This document shows, in pieces, positions 25,641-39,812 of a stretch of 64,000 nt of DNA; position 1 is the first letter of the stretch, and every line of letters starts with the position of its first letter. A model generated the notes under the pieces. That model saw only the letters and a program-made list of their open reading frames with translations. It did not search any database and was not told the origin of the DNA. Origin of the DNA: Penicillus capitatus (lineage: Eukaryota; Plantae; Chlorophyta); assembly GCA_965649825.1 (NCBI GenBank), contig OZ287696.1:229101-293100 (forward strand), given 5' to 3'. The translations under genes were made by a program, and so were the position numbers.

Positions 25641-27936
25641 TTATTGTTGTTGTTGCCGGAATCCTATGGTCTGTTTTGCAAGAGATGCAATGGGAACTGT
25701 TTGCTGGAGCTTTGATTTCAAGGCATGCCCGGCAAGCGTTTTGCCAGAAGAGAAACGCGTCATTTGAATCTTGTTTTCCCTGTGTGAAGGCGCGGTACGC
25801 TTCTTTAATGCTCCTCTGTCGGAATCCTTGCTAATGAAAACGTCGAATACGGCCTCATCATCGTCGGGATGATTCACTCGGGACTGATAACTGGTGAGGG
25901 CAGCAATCGCCGCAGCTGATCTCTCTATTTCTGAGCTTTCACTTGTCTGATGCAATGAACTGTGCCCTTCGGGGGTGCGTAGTTCGAGACTGTCCATCAA
26001 TTGACACAGGGAACTGTCGTCGAGACTTCCATCAAAGCTAAAGGTTCCCAGAGATCCACTGTCACAATCCGTTGATTCTATCACCTCGTCTCCTTTCGTA
26101 AGATCTGCAAACAAATCAGTGAGTAAGATACTGCACAGACAGCATGTAAGAATGAGCTCAGATGCACCTTCTTCTTTGCGTGTTGGTGCAACAGTAGGTG
26201 ATGGCAGAGTCGATAATTGCTGTTTTTGAACGTTTCTTGCGTTCTGCTGACTGATTGCTAACTCAGCCTCGGTAGAATCCGGGGGTAAGAATCCTACATC
26301 GGTGTAAACGTGTGATAAAGCAAGGCAAGAAGAATTTTCCGAAACCTTTGGCAACAAGCTGCGCGTGTTGCTTCTCAATCAAACGTTCTAGCTCTTCGAG
26401 GCTTTCCAGAGATGATCCAAGGCTTTCTACATCATCTGGGGCGGTTTTTGTCCTCGTCTTGTCCTCAGATTTGGAAGTCGACTTCCCGGGGCACAGAAAT
26501 CCAGAATCGGCCGTTTGTCCTTTGTGGACTTTCTGTGGTGATATTTTGAGCAAATAGCTGGATGGCTTAGAGGCAGAATGTCTTTTGATCTTCTTTGTTT
26601 TCTGCTGCTTGTGTTCTTCATCGTCGTTGTTTGTCCCCAAGGAGCGATAAACGCTTGCAGAATGAACACATTTCTGATGATCTTTCCCATCTCTCGTCGC
26701 ACGCGGTTTCAAGGAGACCCTGTCCTTGCGAGCTGCCAGATTTTGTTTCTTTTTCGAGGAATCGTGATGAGAGACAGATCTCGAAACATCCTGCCTCTGC
26801 AAGAGACCATCCAACGGCATGGAACTTTCTGATCGCGATTTTTGCTCTATCTTCGCTTCATCGATGGAACCATCCTCATCGTCGAGAGCACGAGCTGCAT
26901 TCAAGTGTTTGATCTTCTCTTGCTGCATTGGAAGTGTGATTTTGTTCCTTTCCGCCGATGTCGAAGAACACAAAGCTACAGGTCTTATCTGTCGATCCAT
27001 TGCTAACGCACGGGTCTTCAAAAGATTCCGCATTCCTCTATTCCCTTTCTTCTTCTTCACTCTTTTCCTAGCTCTGTGTGGAAAGAGTTGCACTTTCTCT
27101 GCGAGACTGTCTGTTTGAGTGTGCATTTGACTCGTTGGGACTGGCACAGACGACAACTTTTTAACCCCGAATGCATTTTCTGTCGTCTTCGTGTGCACGG
27201 CCTGCCGATGACTGTGCTTTTCGACAATCTCCGTTTGGGTTCCCGTATCTAGAACGGTCTGGCATCCGATGTCTGCAAGGATCGGTCTGTTCTGGATAAC
27301 GGGTGACACTCGGTTTCGTCCTCTTGGACACTCTCCTTTCTCGAGATCTGTAGGAAGTGTGTGCAGAGGAGCAGTTTGTGCCTCTTTCTGAAAAACAAGC
27401 GGCGTTGCAGGATACCGATTTTGAAGGTATCTCCATGGAACGGACGGCACCATCCATCGGAGCAGACTCTCTGTATTGACCAGTCGAGGCGGTTCTTGGT
27501 AGAAGATCCTGGCTGCTGCGCTCTTCTCCTGTTCCATGACCTCCGGGAAAAGATCGGGAAAGTGAAATCTCAACCGCTTGCTCGGCAGCTTTCCTCTGCT
27601 CAGTTCATGCATGATCTCCAACTCTGGACAAGTCTTTACGTTCCACAGCGCCTTTCCATCACAATCTCTTTCCTTGCATGAGGCATGGATGACCTGTGTG
27701 CTCTTTCTCTCCTCTCGTTTGGTCAATGGCCATGTCCCTGCTGCCTCCAATGCTGCCAGGCGAGGATTCGCTGGTGTGTGTCGAACGACGGCCTTCCATT
27801 TCTTGGTGGCATTCCCCTGGAGTCTGCATGGTTTCCTCAATGTGCCGAACTGCCCGGTGGAATTGTCTCCTTCGGCTCCACGGTGCATGTTACATCCATA
27901 CACACAAGACCACACCATGTGCACACGTCCCCTCAA
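25641..27936 (-). CDS. Hypothetical low-complexity Lys/Ser-rich protein
   Basis: 557-aa ORF joined by a GT-AG intron (QLVAKG|FLPPDSTEAEL) to a downstream ORF; no domain recognised; start uncertain. Confidence 0.6.
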
Positions 27937-27997
27937 GCATGCAGAAACGCCTTCACTGACGACACGTTTGACGCCCGACGCAGATCATTGATTCATC

Positions 27998-29035
27998 ATG
28001 GAAACCTTGCGACGAAAGGACAGAACACCAGAAGACTTGGCAGAGCGAGGCGAGCTGCTCCGCGACAAGCACGTGCGCTTCATCGTCGACTTCGCAAGCA
28101 AAGACGACAGCTTCGAGCACGTGGCGACAGAGCACTTGAAGATGAGCGGGATCTATTGGTCGCTGACGGCCCTCCATTTGCTGAACGCCGAATCCGAACT
28201 CGATACCGAAGAGCTATGCGCCTGGGTGATCTCCTGTCAGAAGGAGAGCGGCGGCTTCGGGGCCAGTCCCCGAAACGACGCCCATCTGCTGTTCACTTTG
28301 AGTGCCATCCAGATACTGGCGTTGCTGGATCGATTGGACATCATTCAAACGGACAGAGTGGTAGAGTATGTTGCCCGACTGCAGAATCCAGACGGTTCCT
28401 TCTGTGGCGACGCGTACGGCGAAGTGGACACGCGTTTCTCCTACTGCGCGATCTCTGCCTGCTCCCTCCTGAAACGAAGAGATGCTATCGACATGCAGAA
28501 GGCTGTCGAGTTTGTGCTGTCCTGTCGCAACTTTGATGGTGGATTTGGCGTGATCCCCGGCGCAGAGTCGCATGCTGGTCAGGTCTTTTGCTGCATCGGA
28601 GCACTGAGCATTGCCGGTGCTCTGGATCAGCTCAGGCAGCCGGATGTCAGCGCCTGGTGGCTCTGTGAGAGACAAACGCCTTCTGGCGGATTGAATGGAC
28701 GCCCAGAGAAGTTACAGGACGTGTGCTACACTTGGTGGTGTCTCTCTGCAATGCACATCCTGAATAGGTCAGATGGCGGGATCGTCCAAAACGAAGTGTG
28801 AGATGTGTGTAGATTGCATTGGGTCGATGGCAAGGCGCTGCAGAGATTCATTCTCTACTGTCAGGATGAAGAGAAGGGTGGGATCTCCGATCGACCCGAT
28901 GATGTCTGTGACGTCTACCACACCTTCTTTGGTATAGCAGGTCTTTCTCTCATGGGATATCCTGCACTTAAAGCTATCGACCCGAGCTATGCCCTACCTG
29001 TAGCTGTTCTACAGCGTATGGATATTACGTTCTAA
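27998..29035 (+). CDS. RABGGTB: Rab geranylgeranyltransferase (type II) beta subunit
   Basis: [75 protein letters not shown]; one intron. Confidence 0.97.
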
Positions 29036-29267
29036 AGACTAAAGAGTCAAACTACTGATACGCCTTGAGAACTGTTCTCTTAAAAGGTTCGTTCTTGCTA
29101 CAACACCCCTGTTTCATAACGCTCCTCGAGCATGACGTCATGATTTGTGTCATGCTGATTGGATGTTCTCCTCCCCTTTCCTTCATCATCCTGACACTGC
29201 AAACACGAATGTCAACGGCAATTCGACTCGAGCTATGTCCTGACCCCATGTCGTTCTAAAGAGTATA

Positions 29268-29862
29268 CCGTGTTCTCCCTATTTATAACCCGGGCTTGTT
29301 GAAAAAATAGAGCAGTATTCGCAGAGACAGGGTTTCTAATAATGTAGGGCTTGTATTGCACTGATGCAATTCCGCGAAGCACCTGTGTACGAGTGCGCCA
29401 GTGTCGTGGCCTCTGTCCAAGGAACCAGTCACCAGTCACCACTCTTCTGAAACGCTCAGTGCAGAAGCATCTCATCGTCGATGTCATCTTTGCGTTCGTC
29501 CGAATTGGACTCCTGTGGCTTAGATAGGAGGACTTCGCGAAACTGACCTCCCAGTGTTTCACGTTTACACACATATATGCGTTTGTGCAGAATGAGCTTT
29601 CCGATGTATTCTGGCCAATGTCCGGGGATATCTTTGACCATGATTCTCGGACCCATACCAAGACGTCGAAACAGCACCTCTATAATGACAAAAGACTAGT
29701 TCGGCGGAGTTCATGACATACGGTACTCCTATATCCAACCTTCTTCGAGCAGAGGAAGGGGCTTCTGATCGGGGAGGGCGTCCGTTTTGAGACAGTTTGT
29801 GAATAAGCGTAAAAAACCACATTGGCTTCTAATCGGATTGGCTACAAACAAGGAGAACACGG
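29268..29862. mobile_element. Tc1/mariner (pogo-like) non-autonomous element / MITE, 595 bp
   Basis: 23-bp imperfect terminal inverted repeats (ccgtgttctccctatttataacc at 29268-29290; ggctacaaacaaggagaacacgg at 29840-29862; 19/23 match) flanked on both sides by TA. Confidence 0.72.
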
Positions 29863-29882
29863 TACGTAGTCTTAACGATGAA

Positions 29883-30024
29883 TGACCTGTTAATTTCCGG
29901 GATTAATTCAAAGGGAAATTCGATCCTATCAAAGACTGACCTGTCAATTTCGGCTATAAATGTCAAAAGGAAATCTTAATGTTCTAAAGCGTATGGATAA
30001 TCTTCCTACAAATTGACCTGTCAA
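29883..30024 (+). repeat. Three dispersed direct repeats TGACCTGT(C/T)AA
   Basis: Copies start at 29883, 29937 and 30014 in an AT-rich tract next to the MITE. Confidence 0.6.
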
Positions 30025-30109
30025 CACAACCACATAAACTCCTTAAGTGAAGAACGATAATATAATCCTACTATTTTCTTTTCCTCTCTCCCGTCTACTC
30101 ACTTGCTAA

Positions 30110-32395
30110 AAGGTACCTCCCATCGCTTGACTCTACCTTTGTTCGCTCAAGATGTCTTCTTTGTTCTTCCACTTCAATCTGGAATTAACGTTGGTAGTCC
30201 AGACAGTGAACGCCGACCTGACGGCCGAGTCCGGACGGGGTGGCGAGTCGCGCTGGGAAGCTCCGTCGGCAATGTATATTTACATAGTTAGACGGATACA
30301 ACAGAACAGTTCCCGTGTAAATATTCAGAATGAGGTCACTTCTCTCTCATGCCATCGTTGTACATGATGAGCCTCTCGAGCACCGAACGTCACACAGACA
30401 AAGCTTTCTTTTTTGTTGAATCTTTCAACTTCTTTTCGCTGTTCTTCCTCTCTAATTTTATCTTTTTTACAATTTCGCTCATAAAAGTTGAATTACACAA
30501 GTGCTTGTCTTTGTTCTTATTCTGGTTCTTGTCCCGGTGTTCTTCTTAAATCGTTGGTGACTTGTCCATGGTTACTGGTCCGTACATCGCTAAATCCATC
30601 AAATATTGTTAAGAAATGAGTGGTGCTGATTTCTCCTTCCAGGGCCGGCAGGACACCAGTAAAGTACGATGATATAATAGACGTCTTTCTTTTCTTACGC
30701 TCTCGCTAAAAGGTTTAATTCCCAGCGCTCTAGCATGATGTCCGAGAAAGAAGTAAACAAGTTAACAACAACAAAAAACTCACCTTGCGATCTCACTCCC
30801 AGTCGACTTCTAAGGCCTTACTAATTCCATTTTCCTTAAAAACAAACAGCTAGTAAACCTACAGAAAGAATTACTTACTCTGCTTCGATTATCTGAACAT
30901 GTCGGTGTTCTGTCTGGAGATAAGTTACATCCATACACGTCATCTCTAATACTTTGACTTCTGCCACAACCGGCTCCGTTGTCGGATTCATTTGGGACGT
31001 TAATCATGACAACATTTGTATCTGTAACATTCCGTTGAAGCTTTAACTCTGCGCCGCCGCCATTATTTAGCTCAGATCTGTCATCCATGCTGGCAAAGTA
31101 TCCTATCTTCTCAATCTCTTTCTTCAGTTCTGCATGTTTTTGCTCTTGCCAAGGCTCAACCATGCAGAGTATTGTGTACAATGTCCATATCTCCATAAAG
31201 GACATAACTCTCATTGGATGAATCAACTTTTGCACATCAGATTATCGAACGCCGACGTCTTTACTGGGTTGTTGCGACGTCATCAGAGGGAAGCACTGAG
31301 TGTGAATCGTGCCAATGTGCGTAACACCTCTCTCAACTCATTCGGCACATCGAACAATTGTTTGTGTAATAAGGCATGCTATGTTCACACGTCAAATATG
31401 CAGATCAAAAAATGACAAAAGATCCCTGAGAAAGTTTTGTAGCTGCCAATGATGAATGCTCTTGTACATAAAATATGCCAAGTCTACAGTACGATAGCTT
31501 ACATTTTGGAGCACTTTCTTGCTAGAATCGGCTGTATCATGCTCCATACATAGTTTTTGTCTTTTCCATTCGATTCTATGGATAACGCGAGCTTCCGATT
31601 TTGTTAGAGAGTCTTCAATTTTTTTTGTCTTAAAGATTGACTATTGCATTAATAAAGTGTGCCATAGAGAGAGACCTTTAATCGATCGGAGGATCTTCTG
31701 TTGCAGGCAGGCTTTTCATAAATCGATGCTCAAGTTCTCTTCGAAGTTTCTTCAACGCCCGGGGACGTTCTCTGTGAAGATGACGAAAGCTTTTTTGCCG
31801 CCTTCGACAAGTTCGAAGAGCTTTTATGCGAAACCGGCTGATGGTTTTCGTGCTTTTTATCGGAATTTTGAGTTGTCGACCTCCCAAACAACTGAAGTTC
31901 GTTGGAGTTTTCGTTGTCAGGTTGTTTTTGTCTCTTCTGGAGAATCGCAACTTGGAATTCGAGCAAAAAAGGGATTGGCACAATTAGATTCTTCCGGGAA
32001 AGACTCGCCATTATAGAATCTTTTGCATGAACACTTTTCATCTTGTGTATAAATCTTGTCGAAATATTCTTCTCTGCGTTTTACCATCCGAAATAAAGAC
32101 GAATCCCTGAGTAGGGATCGCGGACTTATCTCCAAATAAATCCTCTTTGTAATCGCATAATCAGAATACCTGCTCGCTTCATCAAATGATTCTGCCTCGA
32201 AAGTGCTATGAGGCACACGTTAAACATCAGTCCATAGAACCCTTCGGCAGTTCCATGTCTAATCTCGGCAGCCAGATGGACATGCATCAGTAAGTGAACT
32301 CTATTGAACTCATCCATTCGAAAGTGGTTATAAAGGATCACAGGTGCACCTGAGAAATCCATATTCGTGACCGCTATGTCGTCAAACGCATACAA
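30110..32395 (-). pseudogene. Decayed transposase-like reading frame(s), superfamily uncertain (partial MULE-like motifs)
   Basis: AT-rich, no clear introns, long frames broken by many stops; motifs AFDDIAVTN, CSC..C, VIFTEN, LSLWH, YTNN. Confidence 0.4.
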
Positions 32396-32548
32396 GATGA
32401 AGGAAAAATTCTTGATCTAGCGAATGCCACTTCAGATGGGCCACGTTGTTTAACGTCGTTTCAAAACCTTTTGTCATCCGGAAGAATAGATTGAGCCAGC
32501 GCCAAAGCGTTTTCGTGCAAGGAACGCGTGAACAGGCCAAAACAGTAC

Positions 32549-35500
32549 ATGTCCAAGCGCGAATCCGGCGCCGTCACTGTCGATTACTTGGGAAAGAAGC
32601 AAAAGATGTCGAATGGAACCGCCGTCCCGACGGAACTCGACGAGGCGCTGCACTCGCGTCAAATCGCCGTCTACGGACGCGAATCTATGCGAAAACTCGC
32701 CTCTGCCTCCGTCCTGATCATCGGCGCCGGAGCTCTCGGCATCGAAGTTGCCAAGAACGTCGTACTGGCCGGCGTCAAGTCGCTGACCCTCATGGACAGC
32801 AGTGTTGTCGCACTCAAAGACCTATCAGCGCAGTTTTATTTGACCGAGGAAGACGTAGGCAAAAACAAAGCCATCGCATGTCTGGAACGTCTTCAGGAGC
32901 TCAACGTCGCCGTCAATTGCACTGTGAGCGATGCTCCGGTATCAGCGGAGAACATCTCACAGTGGAATGTCGTGGTCATGACGAATGGCACATTGGAAGA
33001 GGCTTTGCGCATCGATGCTCTCTGCCACCATCACTCGCCGCCCATTTCTTTCATCACCTCCGAAATCCGTGGTCTCTTTGCTTCAGTGTTTACGGATTTT
33101 GGCCCTGCCTTTGAAGTCGGCGATGTGGACGGCGTTGATCCCTTTACGGGCATTGTCGCACACATTCAGAGAGGCAATCCTACCTTGGTCTCGTGTGTGG
33201 ACGACGAGAGATTGGAATTCGAAGATGGTATGTTCGTGCAGTTCTCTGAGGTAGAGGGTATGGGAGAGTTGAACACGGCTGGACCCATCTCGATCGGAAA
33301 GTGTGAAATGCATGCGTTTCAGTTGGATCTAGATACCAGTGACTTCGGAGAGTACACGACAGGCGGCATCGTCACCCAGGTGAAGCAGTCAAAGACCTTG
33401 CATTTTAAGCCATTGGAAATGGCACTCAAAGAACCAGGCGAGTTCTTGCCAAGCGATTTTTCGAAACTGGATCGACCGCCTATGCTCCATATCGCCTTTC
33501 AGGCTCTCGATGCCTTTCGTGTCCAGCACGGTCGTTTCCCATCCCCTGGCGCCTCATCTGATGCAGATCTGCTGTTTCAGCTGGCAGAGGACATTAACCA
33601 AAAGACAGCAGAGAAGGTGGAGTTGGATCGCGAACTCTTCCGTCATTTCGCTTCCGGCGCTGCAGCAGAGTTGAATCCTATGGCAGCTATGTTTGGTGGA
33701 ATGGTTGGGCAGGAAGTGGTGAAAGCCGCATCGGGAAAATTCCATCCTCTCTATCAATTCTTCCACTTCGACTGTCTGGAATGCCTTCCGGAGACGCCGC
33801 TGACACAGGAAGAGGTGCAGCCGACTGGCAGCCGATACGATGATCAGATCTCCGTTATCGGCATCACTCTCCAGAAACAGCTCGCTGATCTGAATCTCTT
33901 CTTGGTTGGTGCCGGTGCATTGGGGTGCGAGTTTTTGAAGAACTTTGCTATGATGGGCATCTCCTGCGGGGAGAAAGGAAGTGTGACCGTCACAGATGAT
34001 GACATTATCGAAAAGAGTAATCTCAGTCGTCAGTTTCTCTTCAGAGATTGGAACATCCGTTCTTCCAAGTCGACTGTCGCAGCCGAGGCGACTCGAAAGC
34101 TGAATCCGGCCATCAAACTCCGCGCCTTGCAGGATCGCGTGGCTCCTAATACGGAACATATTTTTCATGACGCTTTCTGGAAGGGGCTGGATTTGGTTGT
34201 CAACGCCCTGGACAACTTGAATGCACGTCTCTATGTCGATTCCAAGTGCGTTTACTTTGGAAAGCCTCTTTTGGAATCTGGCACCCTGGGGGCCAAGTGC
34301 AACACTCAAGATGTCGTTCCTTTTGTCACGGAAAACTATGGAGCATCACAAGATCCTCCGGAAAAAGAGGCACCGATGTGCACGTTGCATTCATTTCCTC
34401 ACAATATCGATCATTGTTTGGCGTGGGCCCGTTCTGAATTCGAAGGCATCTTTGAGAAATCCCCCTCGGATGCCAACAGTTTTTTGAAAGAGCCCGAAAC
34501 GTACAAGAAGAAACTGGAAAAGCAAACGGATGCTTCGGCACGTGACAAGTTGGAACATGTGCTGCAGGCATTGACGACAGATCTCTGCAAAGATTTCGAA
34601 GAGTGTATTCACGCAGCGCGCTTGAAATTCGAGGCCAATTTCCACGACAGAATTGCCCAGTTGGTTTTCACTTTTCCAAAAGACAATGTCACAACCAACG
34701 GGTCACGATTCTGGTCTCCTCCTAAGAGATTTCCCACGGCACTGACATTCAATGCCGAGGATCCAGCCCATTGCCGTTTCGTCCAAGCCATTGCAATCCT
34801 CACAGCCGAAGTCTACAGCGTTCCTGTGCCTTCATGGGCCAGTGATGCAGCTAAAGTTGCTTAGCGCGTGATATAGACCGTCGAAGGTGTGACACTTTTT
34901 ACTGTAGGTCGGTGCCTTCGCCGGAAATGTGATTGTCCCTGACTTCGTACCGAAGTCTGGTGTCTACATCGAAACAGATCCGTCTGCAGAGAAGGAACCA
35001 ATGCAGCGCTCGACGGACGATTCCATCGAAGTCGAGAATCTATGGAAGCAGTTGATGCAGTTGAAGCAAGAATTGCCTCCCAATTTTGAACTGCGTCCAA
35101 TTACGTTCGAAAAAGACGACGATGAAAACTATCACATGGATGCCATCGCTGGACTGGCAAACATGAGAGCACGCAATTACAGGTACAGACGCGATCATCG
35201 CATTCATTTCTGCCTCTGAGAAAACAATGTTCTGGAAACAGCATTGGAGAAGTGGACAAGTTGAAAGCCAAGTTAACTGCCGGCCGAATCATCCCAGCCA
35301 TTGCAACAACGACAGCTATGGCTACCGGCTTGGCATGTTTAGAATTGCTCAAGATTATTCAGAAGAAGAAAATTGAGGCCTACAGGAATACCTTTGCCAA
35401 TTTGGCACTTCCACTCTTTGCCATGGCCGAACCGATTCCAGCCAAAGAGATCACATTCAACGATCTAAAATGGTCCCTCTGGGATCGATGGGAACTGGAA

Positions 35501-35876
35501 GGTACAGCTGACGATCGTTTCGTCTTCTTTACTGTAAGGTATGGCGTCTGTATAGGAGATCTGACGGTTCAGAATATCGTGGACTACTTCAAAGAGAGGA
35601 AACTAGAATGCTACAGGTAACGAACGTATCAGCAGAATTCAGACATGAAGATAATGTGCCTGTTTGCTCAGTATTTCTGCCGGACCCAGTCTGTTGTATA
35701 ACAACATGTTTCCTAAGCATTCCAGTCGTCTGCAGACGAAGTTGAGTGAACTGATGGTCACAGTGGGGAAGCAAACGATTCCGGATTACCGAAAGCATTT
35801 TGACGTCGTCGTGGCTTGCGAAGATGCGAACGGTGAGGATTTGGATGTGCCCTTGGTTAGCATCTACTTTAGATGA
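32549..35876 (+). CDS. UBA1: Ubiquitin-activating enzyme E1
   Basis: [35 protein letters not shown], catalytic [27 protein letters not shown]; 2.3-kb first exon then four introns. Confidence 0.98.
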
Positions 35877-36062
35877 ATAGTATCGAACGCTTCCTTTGTT
35901 ATTAAGAACAGAGATTAAACAAGGCCTGTTCCATGATCCATGTTGCCTGGAGCCACATCTGATTGTTGAGTATCTTCATCCATCCATGCAACATCATACC
36001 TCGTGTCCTGTTCCAATTCCTACTCTTGCTTGTTTTAAAAACAGTGTCTCAGATCACCCATC

Positions 36063-38660
36063 TTAGACTTTGCCCTTGTCAGGAGATGCGCTTCGCGTAC
36101 GATGTTTCTCATCACTGTGTCCACTCTTCTTAGAGAGACTGCTGCTGCGTCCTCTCTTGCGACCTCCAGAAGACGACGAACTCGAGCGCGAGAAGCTTCG
36201 ACTGCGCCTTCTGCGAAAAGAAGCGACGATAGAAGAGGCAGGTAAGGTGCAAGAGATTGACCTCCGTTCCTTCGAACGTGAGCGAGAGCGTGAGCGAGAT
36301 CCATGTCGATCGTGCCTTCTACCAGATCTCCAATCTCTGTAGCCTCCATGAGAATTGTATCCATATCCAGGTCGACGATAGCCACGGTAACCACCACGGT
36401 AACCACCTCGGTTCATATCATAACCGCGCCAACGGCCGCCATAACGACCTCCGCGACGGTAGTCTGGAACCCTGGTATTTCAAACGTCACATCACAGACG
36501 AGTTGACCCAGGCACCAACCTCCTGTCATCGTAATTGCGTCTGGGAGATGCATAGCGTCGTCTTCGATCTCTTGCGGAACGACTGGAAATGCTCGACACA
36601 CTTCTGGACGAAGAACGTCCTCTGGACTTGGCACTTCTGCCGCTTGAACGACTCCTGGCAGAAGCAGGTGTGACACTCTTGCGCCTCTTCTCCGATCGGT
36701 GTCTCTCTTTGCGGCGTTCTTCCGGATGATTCTTTTGAGCAGCTGGACTTGGAGAACGATGTGGCTTCTCGGCAGCTCCCCCGTTCTTTTTGGCGTCTTT
36801 CTCCCTGCCATCCGCATCATGAATACCTGCATGTATGCAACGACGAGTTTACTTTGACGAAGGCGAAGGAGATGCAGAGCGATAGTTCTTTGGTCTCCTG
36901 TAGCACTTTGGTTGAGATGGTGACTGCTTCATAGAACTGGGAGACCGTGGCGCTGGACTGCTGATGCGACCTTTCTGTCTCTCTCTTGCTTCTTTTCCAG
37001 CCAATGCAGCATGAGCATCGTATTCTGCGACATATGCTCCAACGCGATCCGGATCCTGTTGTCGAGGCGCATCTGCCTTTGCAGCTCTTGCCATCTTGCG
37101 CTCTTCCATTTCTAAATCCACCTTCTGCCAGCGATCTTCATGTTCTGCCGGACCATCTGGAGCGGCACTGGATGGATCGTAACGCTCAGGAGCCGCTTCT
37201 CCGATTCTATAGTACCCAGGTCCACTCATTTCGTATGGACGGTAACCACGTCCAGGAAAACGGCGCCCTCTTCCACGCATGAATCTGCCGCGATCGTAGT
37301 ACCTTCCGCGAAACTGCACGAACGCACCAACCCATACAGCCAACAAAATCTGGAAAGAGCACGCACAGGCGGTCTATCTGGATCACGATAGCCAAATTCT
37401 GGAGGAGGCGGTCCATCTTCGCCATAACGTCGAGGTGGATAGGGCGGCCTTCCTCTTTCATGCATCCACGGATCTCGTCCACCTACTTGCACTCAAGTGC
37501 TCATGCGAGAACAAAAACGCGTCGCTCATAAACCTTCGTGCATATCCATGGGCGGCATGCGGTCCATTGGGTGGCGCTCGGTCTCTGGAATCCATCGTTC
37601 GTCTCTCTAAATCAAAAGTTCGTATGGCAGACAGAAATGCGCGATCCAAGCGACTCTTGGTCTTTCGTAAGGACGGTTGGCGTCTTCGCGCCACGCACCG
37701 CCACGTCGTTCTTCTCGCGGAGGCGACAGGCGTTCCTAGAGCATCGACAAACGCCTTGAATGCTGCTCGACGGTCCAACATCCAGTTGACAAGTGTCGCT
37801 TGGGATCGGCTGAACGTTATGGAGGACGGCAAAGTGACGTACTCGTTCCGGACTTCTCTCACGCGACTTGCGTTTTTCGTGCGATTTGTGTCTGTCGTCT
37901 CGACTCGTCTTCTTTCGTTCGCCGCCGCGCTTTTCCGTTGCTTCTGGCGAATCGCGTCTCTTCCTTTCCTCTTTTGTTTGGCGTCTTCGCTCACGCTCCA
38001 TCTCTTCACGTTTGTCTGCGGCTTCCTTCTTGCGCTGCGCCTATGCAGAAAAGGCGGGCATTGACCTTAAATGACAGACGTGACAGCTGAGCCAACACGT
38101 CCAACCTGCAATTCAACATCAAAAGCCTCCCCTTCTTTAGCACCGGGGCGAATTCTCAATGCTCTGCGAAAGCGCTCCATCTGTTCGATCTTGCGCCGAG
38201 CCACTTCATGCGTCTCTTGCGCCGAAGCTTTGGCAGATTCTTGTGCTTTCTGCTTCGAGAAATTTTCCTCCAGAACTTTGCGTTCCATAGCCAGTCTCTC
38301 TTCCACTTCTTCAGGAGGTAATCTGAACACATTTCGTCCAACATACATATGAATGGAGAGATGGGCGATGTACTTGTCTTCGTCTTCGAGTTTCAGACGC
38401 AATTCATAGAGCTTCACTTCGATAACGCGTTTCTTATTGTGCATGAGGATATCTTCGTTCGGCCTCTGCTGTTTGGGACCTTCCGTTGTCCGGCGCTGTT
38501 CCTCGTTTTGCACAGGAGCACGTCTAAGGCACGCCACATACTTAGACTAAGAACTACCGTGTATGGGACGCGTCCTGTGCCTGAGATTGAATTTGTTGCT
38601 TGTAACGTATCCGGACGTCCCCGAACCTCGAGGCGTCAACAATCCGATGCCGTTGTACAT
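36063..38660 (-). CDS. CWC21/SRRM2-like splicing factor with long RS/RG-rich tail
   Basis: N-terminal MYNGIGLLTPRGSGTSGYVTSN; cwf21 domain PNEDILMHNKKRVIEVKLYELRLKLED; THEVARRKIEQMERFRRAL; RS repeats to stop at 36063. Confidence 0.88.
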
Positions 38661-38801
38661 CGTTGCCGATGCACAGCAGAACGCGATGCGAGAATCGAAG
38701 CCTTTATCGCGCAGGAATGCGTCTACGGCTGTCTACGGTTCGATTCGGAAGAGTCACTTGAGATCACAATTGTCCCAAAATCATGTACAGATCCGCCACT
38801 A

Positions 38802-39536
<735 letters not shown>

Positions 39537-39812
39537 TAGGATAGAGAAGATAGTCTCGGCTGCAATGGACTTCTGTGGAAATCTCTGCTCCGACCAGACC
39601 TTCAACGACGAAACGGATTTGCAAGATGGACTGTGCGAGGCACAAACGCGACCATGAAGTCTGTCGTACTTCACAATGGATTCCGCTGACATGACCTTTG
39701 CGACGCAACGCACAAACGCGCCAACCGTTCTTTCTCTCTTCGCTTTTGGCAATTATTTGTCTTTTCTACTGAGCTGTTTTTAAGAATTATTGCCAGAGGG
39801 CAAAAAAACGAG

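Noticed and set aside
29456-29822. Short ORFs inside the MITE as a host gene or transposase
   Set aside because: No DDE or HTH motif and no coherent start-to-stop model
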